DNA of 64,000 nucleotides from Thermodesulfovibrionales bacterium (GTDB lineage: Bacteria > Nitrospirota > Thermodesulfovibrionia > Thermodesulfovibrionales > SM23-35): positions 92,246 through 156,245 of the forward strand of contig CAVSHJ010000005.1 of NCBI GenBank assembly GCA_963727725.1, read 5' to 3'. The notes below the pieces were generated by a model that was not told where the DNA came from, made no database searches, and saw only the letters and a program-made list of their open reading frames with translations. Position 1 is the stretch's first letter. Each line of letters starts with the position of its first letter. The position numbers and the translations under genes were made by a program. This document shows positions 39,736 through 48,023 of this stretch, piece by piece.

Positions 39736-40566
39736 ATGAAAGCAGCGTTCTATCAATATAACCCTCTCTTTGGCAAAAAGGATGAAAATCTGGAAAAAGT
39801 CTTTTCTGCTGTGCAGGATGCCGATACGGACCTTCTCGTCCTTCCGGAATTCTTTGCGACAGGATACCAGTTTATCTCAAAAGAAGAAGTGGAGGAGCTT
39901 TCAGAGCAGATCCCGGGCGGACATACAACTCAATTCCTCGCAGAATTATCCCGCCGGAAAGGCTTCCATATTGTAGCAGGAATTGCGGAGAGAGACGGAG
40001 ACAGATTTTTCAACAGCGCGGTTCTGACAGGCCCCGATGGGTTCCTCGGAGTATACCGCAAGACTCACCTCTTTTTTGAAGAGAAACTCTATTTCACGCC
40101 GGGGGATACAGGCTTCAGGGTATGGAATACAAAAATAGGACGGATTGGCGTCATGATATGTTTTGACTGGCTCTTTCCGGAGTCTATGAGGACTCTTGCG
40201 CTGCTGGGAGCAGATATTGTCGCACACCCTTCAAATCTCGTGCTGCCTTATTGCCCCGAGGCAATGCCTTTCAGGTGTCTTGAGAATAAGGTATTCGCGG
40301 TCACCGCAAACAGGACCGGAGAGGAAAGGAGAAAAGAAGGACAGATCCTGAAGTTTATCGGTCAGAGCGAGATTGTTTCGCCGGAAGCCAGGGTTCTTGT
40401 CAGGGCGCCTAAGAATGAAGAGGCTTTACTGGTTGCCGAAATTGATCCCCGGGTCGCCAGAGACAAGTCTCTCAACCCCATGAATAATATCTTTGATGAC
40501 CGCAGACCCGAAATGTACATTTTGAACAATAACCCTCCTATTCCCCCCTTTAAAAAAGGGGGGTAA
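39736..40566 (+). CDS. Carbon-nitrogen hydrolase (nitrilase superfamily)
   Basis: Glu-Lys-Cys triad context: LLVLPEFF, YRKTHLF, MICFDWLFPE. Confidence 0.9.
   Translation: MKAAFYQYNPLFGKKDENLEKVFSAVQDADTDLLVLPEFFATGYQFISKEEVEELSEQIPGGHTTQFLAELSRRKGFHIVAGIAERDGDRFFNSAVLTGPDGFLGVYRKTHLFFEEKLYFTPGDTGFRVWNTKIGRIGVMICFDWLFPESMRTLALLGADIVAHPSNLVLPYCPEAMPFRCLENKVFAVTANRTGEERRKEGQILKFIGQSEIVSPEARVLVRAPKNEEALLVAEIDPRVARDKSLNPMNNIFDDRRPEMYILNNNPPIPPFKKGG
40543..40563. repeat. Perfect palindrome CCCCCCTTTAAAAAAGGGGGG
   Basis: Forms a 9-bp stem and encodes the last residues (PPFKKGG) of the hydrolase. Confidence 0.8.
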
Positions 40567-40591
40567 GGGGGGATTTGACTCTCTTCTGGCA

Positions 40592-41299
40592 ATGAAATTG
40601 AAATCTTCTGCATGGCCGGATAGTATGGATGAAGCAAAGGTCGTTCAGGCGGCCTTGAAGGATAAAGTAAGAATTGTCCCCCTGAAAGAAAACCCCAAAT
40701 TCATCGCGGGCGTTGACGCAGCATTTTTCGGAGACAAGGTTATCGCAGTTGCCAGTCTTTACAATTATCCTGATCTGATAAATCTGGAAGACGCGTTTAC
40801 AATTCTGAAGTGTCCTTTCCCTTACATACCCGGCTTTTTGTCCTTCAGGGAGGGACCTGCAATCATTGAAGCATTGTATGGCCTGAAGAGCACGCCCGAT
40901 GTGGTCCTTGTCGACGGCCAGGGGATAGCTCACCCGAAGAAGCTCGGCATCGCATCACATATAGGTGCTCTTCTCGATATACCGACAATAGGGTGCGCAA
41001 AATCAAGATTGGTAGGGGAATATAAAGAGCCGAAACCCCGGAGAGGAGCTCGCTCCGCCCTCAAATATAACGGCGAAATCGTGGGTTCGGTTCTGAGGAC
41101 AAGAGACAACGTCAAGCCCCTCTTTGTTTCACCCGGTCACAGGGTTGATTTAGACGATTCTATCGAGATCGTGCTCGGTTGTGCCCGCAAGTTCAGAATA
41201 CCCGAGCCTCTGAGGAGAGCAGACTTTTTATCAAAGAAATTGAAGAAGGAAATTGAGCGCCAAAAGTGTTTCAGCAGGTCAGGTGCAAGGCTGCAATGA
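40592..41299 (+). CDS. nfi: Endonuclease V
   Basis: GVDAAF, YIPGFLSFREGP and DGQGIAHPKKLGIASHIG. The 3' end overlaps the convergent Mth938-like gene by 29 nt. Confidence 0.93.
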   Translation: MKLKSSAWPDSMDEAKVVQAALKDKVRIVPLKENPKFIAGVDAAFFGDKVIAVASLYNYPDLINLEDAFTILKCPFPYIPGFLSFREGPAIIEALYGLKSTPDVVLVDGQGIAHPKKLGIASHIGALLDIPTIGCAKSRLVGEYKEPKPRRGARSALKYNGEIVGSVLRTRDNVKPLFVSPGHRVDLDDSIEIVLGCARKFRIPEPLRRADFLSKKLKKEIERQKCFSRSGARLQ

Positions 41300-41633
41300 C
41301 CGACTCGGTCTTTCCGCCTCCACCGGTCTTCGACTGGAGACTGTTGAACAGATCAACCGCCTCACCTGTCCTTGCCGCATAGACCTTAATCCCTTTTGAT
41401 TCAAGATGAGCAACCGTCTCTTTCGGGACCCTCATCACTCCTGATGCACCTGTACCCACTACAAGAATATCGGGCCGGGCTTTGACAACATCTCCGAGGT
41501 CCTCAATCTGCAGATTGTGACCTTCCTTCCTCCACCAGGAAGAATCCACTCTGTTCGGATAGATGATCACGTCAGAAGTATATCCCTTGCCGTCAATGGT
41601 AATATTGCCGAAGGAATAATGCTCAATCTTCAT
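41271..41633 (-). CDS. Mth938-like (DUF498) domain protein
   Basis: FGNITIDGKGYTSDVII...W......L...DL.....PDILVVGTGASG pattern. Confidence 0.8.
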   Translation of the reverse strand: MKIEHYSFGNITIDGKGYTSDVIIYPNRVDSSWWRKEGHNLQIEDLGDVVKARPDILVVGTGASGVMRVPKETVAHLESKGIKVYAARTGEAVDLFNSLQSKTGGGGKTESVIAALHLTC

Positions 41634-41772
41634 TTCACACCTCTCCGGACCGCATATAGAAATCTCATGCGGTTTTGATCCTTGTCCCGTTCAGACCGCA
41701 CAATCCAATTTTGGATAATAATATCTGCAATGTCAATGCATGCGGAGCAGATCCGATCTGCGGGATGATCTT

Positions 41773-41922
41773 TTAAGTATCCTTTTCTTTATCTTTCAGT
41801 GTCTCATATTTTGTGCTGCCACAGTAAGGACAGACAAAGCATTTGAAAATCAGAAGTGCATACCAAGTGCTTATCCCGCCGCATTCCTTGCACTTGACGG
41901 TGACCATGCCTTCCTCTTTCAT
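41773..41922 (-). CDS. Small zinc-ribbon protein (49 aa), below the ORF-track cutoff
   Basis: My own translation: MKEEGMVTVKCKECGGISTWYALLIFKCFVCPYCGSTKYETLKDKEKDT. GGAGGT SD 6 nt upstream. Two CxxC pairs. Confidence 0.5.
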   Translation of the reverse strand: MKEEGMVTVKCKECGGISTWYALLIFKCFVCPYCGSTKYETLKDKEKDT

Positions 41923-42127
41923 TTTTCTACCTCCTGTCCCCCCAGGCGTCATTAGAATTTTTTCAATCTATTTCTCTTATATTGTTTGCTATAGCTACCT
42001 GCTAAAATATTGCCTTCGCTCAAGAAGATCCTTGCTCTAAATTAGTCCAGCACTATAACCGGACTCTGGGAAACCGAACAGTTGCCACAACATATAATTG
42101 TTAGCATTAGCTTACAATAGGCGCCCT

Positions 42128-42156
42128 TTGTTGTCAAACAAAAAGTACGCTATAAT
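42128..42156 (+). promoter_or_regulatory. Promoter TTGTTG-N17-TATAAT with palindrome TTGTT-gtca-AACAA over the -35; the transcript would be leaderless
   Basis: The -10 ends 6 nt before the ATG at 42163, and there is no SD. Confidence 0.5.
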
Positions 42157-42162
42157 GAACAG

Positions 42163-42789
42163 ATGAAGCCGCTGGGAGAATTCTTGAGAGGAAAGAGAGA
42201 GGCCAAGGGAATGTCACTTCGTGGGGCGGCAAAAACCTCGGGCATCTCCCATGTGCATATCAGGGACATCGAGGAAGGCAGGAAATCCCCGTCGTTTGAC
42301 AAGGTGATGAAACTCTTGCGTGCTTATATGGTCGATACAAATGAGTTTCTGAGAGAAACGGGATATCTTCCGCAAAACGTCGAACCGCTTGAGACTGAAA
42401 GTCTCTATAGGATTCCCGTCATCTCGTGGACTATCGCTGAGAAACTCGATAACGTGCGCTATTCGTTACGGCAGGAGGATGCCGAAGAGTGGATCGCCTG
42501 CGATGTCCAGGGCCAGAATGTGTTCGCCTTAAAGGTGATGGATGACTCCATGCAGCCGGAGTTCCTTGAAGGAGATATCATAATCGTCAGTCCGCATGAA
42601 ATACCGGGTCATGACGACTTTGTGATCATTAAGAACAGCCACGGGGCAACAGCTTTCAGGCAGCTCAAGAGATATGGCAAGACGCAGATTCTCCACCCCC
42701 TTAATCCGAAATACCCTGATACGGAGTTTTCGGGAAGACATCAGTTTAAGGTCGTCGGTAAGGTTGTGGAGAAAAAGAAGAGGTATTAA
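42163..42789 (+). CDS. XRE-family HTH fused to S24 (LexA/CI-type) autopeptidase domain
   Basis: N-terminal HTH (LRGAAKTSGISHVHIRDIEEGRK). C-terminal VMDDSMQPEFLEGDIIIV (Ser nucleophile) and a downstream Lys (FRQLKRY). Confidence 0.88.
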   Translation: MKPLGEFLRGKREAKGMSLRGAAKTSGISHVHIRDIEEGRKSPSFDKVMKLLRAYMVDTNEFLRETGYLPQNVEPLETESLYRIPVISWTIAEKLDNVRYSLRQEDAEEWIACDVQGQNVFALKVMDDSMQPEFLEGDIIIVSPHEIPGHDDFVIIKNSHGATAFRQLKRYGKTQILHPLNPKYPDTEFSGRHQFKVVGKVVEKKKRY

Positions 42790-42869
42790 ACGGGCTGTGC
42801 TACAGTTCTGCTACAGTCGAGTCCCCAGAGGGTTGCCTTAATGCCGAAAAATCGAGTAAAATCAATTAC

Positions 42870-42967
42870 GGGAGTGCATAGGGCTCTGGTGTCCCTCCTG
42901 GACTTCAAATCCAGTGTTGCCTGTTACAAACGGGCAGGGTGGGTTCGATTCCCACACACTCCCGCCA
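42870..42967 (+). tRNA. selC: tRNA-Sec (anticodon TCA)
   Basis: 98 nt. Anticodon arm CTGGA-CTTCAAA-TCCAG, a long variable arm (TGCCTG...CGGGCA), T-arm GTGGG-TTCGATT-CCCAC, an extended acceptor stem and an encoded CCA. selA and selB are nearby. Confidence 0.88.
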
Positions 42968-43002
42968 AGTTTTTCCAATAAAACCACTCACCTTCAGGTC
43001 AT

Positions 43003-43039
43003 AAAAAATCACCGAGCTTTGTTAATGATCAGCCTCGGT
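43003..43039 (-). terminator. Possible intrinsic terminator of the MBL-fold gene
   Basis: On the minus strand: ACCGAG-17 nt-CTCGGT, then gaTTTTTT. The large loop lowers confidence. Confidence 0.35.
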
Positions 43040-43047
43040 CCTAGCGA

Positions 43048-43809
43048 TCAGATAGTCAGTATCCCCGATGACGCATAACGGCTGGCGGTATAAAAAGTGA
43101 GTCTGCGCCCCACGATCTCCCGATGGGTTTTTAGCGCAATAGCCGGTTTATTGTTGTTTTCAGAAAGATGTGACAGACATGCCCATTTCAGCCGGGTGCC
43201 GGCCTGGAGCAGCTCAGCGGCCTCTCTATTGGAAAGATGTCCTTTCGGACCTTGAATGCGCTTTTTAAGAAAAGCCGGATACGGGCCCCTGGAAAGCATT
43301 AAGGGATCATAATTACTCTCGATGAAAACTGCATCAAGAGAGGAGATCACCGCAGGCAGTTCCCCGAATGCGTGTCCGAGGTCAGTCAGTATCCCAAGCC
43401 TTTTGCATCCGGATGATATGACAAATGCGACGCCGTCTACGCCATCGTGCGGCGTAGGTATTGTCTGAACGGCCACATCTCCGAATTGCAGCTTCCCTCC
43501 CGCCAGAAAATAGTTTATGTTGCTCAACTTTCCCAGCCTCTTTTCCGTTTCGGCCTTATACAGAGTCTTCGGAGTGATATATATGGGCAACCCGTATTTC
43601 CTCTGGTAGACGCCCGCATAATTGATGTGGTCAGCGTGATCATGTGAGATTATTAACGCGTCCACGTTCCGGATATCGCGTTTGTATGCTCCAAGCCTGG
43701 TCGCAGCCCTGACACCGCAAATACCCGCGTCAAACAACAATCTGACGCCATCTGCCTCCACATATATGCAGTTGCCATTGCTTCCCGACTGAAGGGAAAT
43801 TGCAATCAC
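43048..43809 (-). CDS. MBL-fold metallo-hydrolase
   Basis: ISHDHADHINY motif. 253 aa. Confidence 0.88.
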   Translation of the reverse strand: MIAISLQSGSNGNCIYVEADGVRLLFDAGICGVRAATRLGAYKRDIRNVDALIISHDHADHINYAGVYQRKYGLPIYITPKTLYKAETEKRLGKLSNINYFLAGGKLQFGDVAVQTIPTPHDGVDGVAFVISSGCKRLGILTDLGHAFGELPAVISSLDAVFIESNYDPLMLSRGPYPAFLKKRIQGPKGHLSNREAAELLQAGTRLKWACLSHLSENNNKPAIALKTHREIVGRRLTFYTASRYASSGILTI

Positions 43810-43878
43810 GGTCTATACTCGCACAAGTGAGAAACAGATTACAAGGGACAACAATAACTGAAGTTATCCCATTTTTTT

Positions 43879-44248
43879 CGTCATTCCCGCGAAGGCGGGA
43901 ATCCACTCTTTTCAAATCAGCAAACTTTTGTACAAGTCCAGCCATTCGGGATTTTGTTCTTCAATAAGCTTGAGCTTCCATACTCGATTCCATTTTTTCA
44001 TTTGCTTTTCCCTCGATAGCGCTGTCTCGGCGTCTCGCATAACCTCGTAGTAAACGAGCCGATGCACCCCGTATTTCTTTGTGAAACCATCAACCAAACC
44101 GTTCTTATGTTCGTAAACTCTCTTCGTCAGATCCGTGTCACTCCTATATACAGGGTGCCTCTTCGTTGGCTGGCCAAAATGTAAACATAAAAGGTTTCTT
44201 TCATACCTAATGGGAAACATGGATTCCCGCCTTCGCGGGAATGACGGC
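43879..44248. mobile_element. Candidate 370-bp GIY-YIG cassette bounded by inverted 26-nt hairpin repeats
   Basis: Left end CGTCATTCCCGCGAAGGCGGGAATCC (43879-43904). Right end GGATTCCCGCCTTCGCGGGAATGACGGC (44221-44248), its inverted complement. The only content is the GIY-YIG ORF. Confidence 0.5.
43912..44204 (-). pseudogene. GIY-YIG nuclease (COG2827-type), disrupted by a 1-nt frameshift near 44135
   Basis: The frame from the ATG at 44204 reads MKETFYVYILASQRRGTLYIGVT and then stops. It continues in the next frame as DLTKRVYEHKNGLVDGFTKKYGVHRLVYYE...REKQMKKW...NPEW. Confidence 0.8.
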
Positions 44249-44426
44249 TTTTATCTTACTATTTACCTGTAAAAAGTTCCCCCAATTTTTAAAAAGCAAA
44301 CCAGACCACTTCGCAAATCCATCTTTCCCTTTTACTTCATAATGTTACGTCCCGAAGCTATCAAATCTTGGGGGAACTCCTTACAACAATAATTCATGAA
44401 TAATCCGGGCTGTGATAGAATCAATT

Positions 44427-44765
44427 ATGTCCGAAGAAAAATCAAGGCTCGTTTATTCCACCGATAAGGTTATTCCCCGCAAAGAGAATTCCGCCGTGAA
44501 GGAGCCGCAGCCGACGGCACATCCTTCGAAGCAGGTCTGTGTCCGTCTTGAGCGGAAAGGACGCAGAGGGAAATCCGTGACCCTGATTGAAGGTCTCCGG
44601 ATACCGGCAGCAAACAAAGAGGCGCTTCTCAGGCAATTGAAGACAAGGCTCGGTACGGGCGGTACCGACAGGGACGGAATCCTCGAAATCCAGGGAGACC
44701 ACCGGGATCAGATCGTTCCGCTGCTTCAGGACATGGGTTATAAGCCCAAACGCGTCGGAGGGTAG
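44427..44765 (+). CDS. yciH: Translation initiation factor SUI1/YciH family
   Basis: RKGRRGKSVTLIEGL...LKTRLGTGGT...LEIQGDHRDQI. Confidence 0.9.
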   Translation: MSEEKSRLVYSTDKVIPRKENSAVKEPQPTAHPSKQVCVRLERKGRRGKSVTLIEGLRIPAANKEALLRQLKTRLGTGGTDRDGILEIQGDHRDQIVPLLQDMGYKPKRVGG

Positions 44766-44766
44766 G

Positions 44767-46063
44767 TCACTTTTTTATCGTCACGCTCACATTATCAAAT
44801 AACATGGCAGGGAAATTGCCGCCGAAAGACGGGTGAACGGTATTTTCAATTGCAACGACGTTTTTCAATACATCGTATATATTCCCCGCAACCATCACAT
44901 CCTTCACATGCCCGGCTATGTCACCATTTTCGACATAGAGTGCAGGTGAAACGCCTATAGAAAAATCTCCGTTCGGAATGTTGCCGCTGTGTGCCCCAAG
45001 GGCGCCGGCAATGATTATACCGCGGTCAATGGACCGTATGAGGTCATAAAAAGAAGCATTGCCGGGAGATATGCAAAGATGATTGAGAGCCGGGACCGGC
45101 TTTGAGGATATCGAACCCCTGAATCCATGCCCGGTCGGAGAGGCCTTCAGTTTACGGGCAAAGTACAGGTCATAATAAAAATTTTTCAGCACTCCCTTTT
45201 CTACGATAGGAAAAAGGCTGCACGGAGTCCCTTCGTCGTCGAACGCCCTCGCACCCGGAATCGAATCGTCCAGCGGGTTATTCGATAAAGACACTTTGTC
45301 ATCAAATATTTTTTCACCTATTTTTCCGGCAACAGGAGAAATATTCTGATAAATACTCACCCCGCTCGTTGCACTTTGAAGTCTCCACGTCAAAACATAC
45401 ATGGTTTCGGGCAAGAAACAGAACCTTCATCTCTTTCCCGTCGGGGATTATTTCCTTCGCCGACTTATTGTATGCCGACGCGAGGTAATCAAGATAATCG
45501 TCAGGGGCCTTTCTGAATGTTTTTGATACCAGGGGACGATTCAGGGACGCAGATGAGTAAGGATAAAGAATCTGTGCGTTCAGTAAGTACGCAGAGGACT
45601 TGAGGGAAAGGTCCGTACCGGAACTGTTCATAACCCTGATATTTCTCATCGAACGATGCGCCGATATATTTATCTGCCCCTTCGTCCTTTGAGACAGGAG
45701 ATCGCATACCCTCTCGCATTCTTCGACCATTGCTGAATTTGCGAGGGCTTCGATTGATGGGTCATAGGTGTCAAGGAGAGGTAAATCTCTTGTAAGCGGG
45801 AGTTCAAAGAGTCCCTCCACTCCTCCTTTGAGGGAATCAAGGGCATTCCGGATGAGTTCTTCCCTGTTCGTCAGGTTTGTGGCATAGGCAAAACCCAGTG
45901 TATCGCTCTTGATAATCCTCAGGCTGATTCCCGACTGGATACTGCTCTCTATGTCCTTCAGGTGAGCATCCTCAAAGGAGACGCCGTCTCCCCTTCTCTC
46001 GATAGAGTATACCTCCGCCTTATCGCTCACCTTCCGGGCCATTTCCAGTAACTGTTCCATCAT
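44767..46063 (-). pseudogene. pmbA: PmbA (TldE) metalloprotease partner, split by a single-nt indel near 45412
   Basis: The N-terminal part (46063 down) reads MMEQLLEMARKV...MKVLFL. The C-terminal part continues in another frame as PETMYVLTW...GKIGEKIFDDKVSLSNNPL. The start overlaps the tldD stop. Confidence 0.8.
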
Positions 46064-47421
46064 ATCCCTCCTATGACCAGGCTGTTGCACAGTATGTGCG
46101 GACCTCCGTGACAGGAGCGGATATTCAGCTGTCCCTTTCCACATCCGCCCGTCTGGGAAAATACAAGATCGTTGCCTGCCGCAGTGATATTCTTCAGGGT
46201 GTGGTAAAGGTTGCCGCTGATATTTATGTCCCGGACCATTTCTCTTTTCTTCCCGCCTTTCACGACATAGCCGTACTGCGCGCCGAAGGTGAAATTCTCA
46301 CCGCTCGTCTGGCCGCCTTTGTGATCAAGGATATATAACCCGTCATCGAGCATCGACAGGAGGTCTTCAAGCGTCCGGCCGCCGGGTTCAATAAAGATAT
46401 TACCCATTCTCACTATCGGGGAATACCTGTAATCCTCTGCAACGCAGTGGCCGGTCAGCCCTTCTCCGAAAGACGCAGCGGTCCTTCTCGAATGCAGACG
46501 GCCGACGAGAACACCATCTTTCATCAGCGGTACGCGCCTCGCTCTTACTCCTTCGTCGTCATAGCAGTAGAACCCGAGCTGCCGGGGCACTGTAGGATCA
46601 TCTGTGATATTGAGCACTTCATTGCCGAGCCGTGCCCCTATCTGCATTTTCTCCCTCATTGTAGAATCCTCTATAAGGTCGGCCTCCGAGAAATGACCGA
46701 ATGCCTCATGGGTAAAAACCCCTGCCATATCAGGATTGAGCACGACGTTGTAAGTCCCGCCGGCAACGGGTTTTGCATTTAACAGATCCAGGGCTATCGC
46801 GGTTTTCTTCTCAAACTCTTCCTCCTTGTTCCTCAACAATGCAAACCCGTGACTCCCCCCGACGCCGACCCTCACATTCTGGATGAGTGTGCCGTCCCTG
46901 CTGGTAATCAGTCCGCCAAGGGAAGTAGTAACCAGGTCTTCTCTGACGCCGGTCCCCTCTGTGCTCACAAAGTATTTTTCGCGAGTGACCTCACTGTATG
47001 AGATATTTGTAGTGGCGATTTTGTCAGACTTCAGGGGTATGGAATTATAGCTCCGTGTCAATTCAAGTTTCTCGTCGATCGGGATATGCCGTGGGTCTTC
47101 GTCGACTTCAGGCAGAAATGTATCCTTTATTACATCCGCTTCTGCAAATCTTACAGGCTGTTTTGCATGCCGTGCCATCAGTGCGGCACTTGCCTGAGCG
47201 GTGCTCAGGGCTGTTTCCGCATCATCTGCCCGCGTAAATGCTACAGACGATAGGCCGCCACCTCTCAAAATCCTCACTACGAACCCATCGGTTGAATTTG
47301 AACCTATATGGAAAAGCTCCCTGCCGTTAAAAGCAATCCTCGTCTCTTTCTTTATTTCATATCTTATATCCGCATAATCCGCAGTCGCCCTTGAAATTAT
47401 TGACCGTAATGTGTCAAGCAT
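46060..47421 (-). CDS. tldD: Metalloprotease TldD
   Basis: HEAFGH motif. 453 aa. Paired with pmbA. Confidence 0.92.
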   Translation of the reverse strand: MLDTLRSIISRATADYADIRYEIKKETRIAFNGRELFHIGSNSTDGFVVRILRGGGLSSVAFTRADDAETALSTAQASAALMARHAKQPVRFAEADVIKDTFLPEVDEDPRHIPIDEKLELTRSYNSIPLKSDKIATTNISYSEVTREKYFVSTEGTGVREDLVTTSLGGLITSRDGTLIQNVRVGVGGSHGFALLRNKEEEFEKKTAIALDLLNAKPVAGGTYNVVLNPDMAGVFTHEAFGHFSEADLIEDSTMREKMQIGARLGNEVLNITDDPTVPRQLGFYCYDDEGVRARRVPLMKDGVLVGRLHSRRTAASFGEGLTGHCVAEDYRYSPIVRMGNIFIEPGGRTLEDLLSMLDDGLYILDHKGGQTSGENFTFGAQYGYVVKGGKKREMVRDINISGNLYHTLKNITAAGNDLVFSQTGGCGKGQLNIRSCHGGPHILCNSLVIGGI

Positions 47422-47603
47422 AGTCCTCCTCTTTACCCGTCCGTTGTCTCCAGAATTTCACGGATATTATATGTATTCCGCAGATATTTTACTATTTATG
47501 AGCCCTCCGGACAGGGTTGCGTCACGCTTCGGTCACGCGTCAGATGAAGGAATTAGCATGAGCCTTTCCTAACAAACAAAGGATAATGAAGATGTCCTCC
47601 TTT

Positions 47604-47683
47604 CGTCATGCCCGAGATTTTTAGTCGGGCATCCATTCGTGGCTGAAAATGGATTCCCGCCTACAGACTGCGGGAATGACGGC
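47604..47683. repeat. Gene-less head-to-head pair of hairpin repeat units (16-nt spacer)
   Basis: CGTCATGCCCGAgatttttagTCGGGCATCC, then attcgtggctgaaaat, then GGATTCCCGCctacagactGCGGGAATGACGGC. Confidence 0.75.
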
Positions 47684-47710
47684 CTTGACAACTGAATGCC
47701 TTCATCATTT

Positions 47711-47792
47711 GTCATGCCGGACTTGATCCGGCATCCAGCGACTTAAAGCAACGTCACTGGATTCCGGCTCAACACACTGCCGGAATGACGGC
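47711..47792. repeat. Second gene-less head-to-head pair (22-nt spacer)
   Basis: GTCATGCCGGActtgaTCCGGCATCC, then agcgacttaaagcaacgtcact, then GGATTCCGGCtcaacacactGCCGGAATGACGGC. Confidence 0.75.
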
Positions 47793-48023
47793 CTAAAGAA
47801 TGCCTATTCTATATAAAAAGTCAGTTCACTTTCAAAAAATTGCTGACATGAGAGAAAATACCGGGGATGGATTATTCGAGCGGATTCTTTTGCCGATAGT
47901 CAGAGAGATTCCGGAAATAGAGAGGCAAAAGCCCTCGCAGGTCTTCCGATAGCGTATCGGGAGACCGAGAATGAGCGAGAATACTTCATCCCAGGAGTAA
48001 TATGAGATCATGAATATTCCGGG

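Noticed and set aside
47604-47792. Whether the clustered hairpin units form a CRISPR array.
   Set aside because: The units alternate in orientation, differ in stem sequence, have irregular spacers of 16-27 nt, number only four, and have no cas genes nearby.
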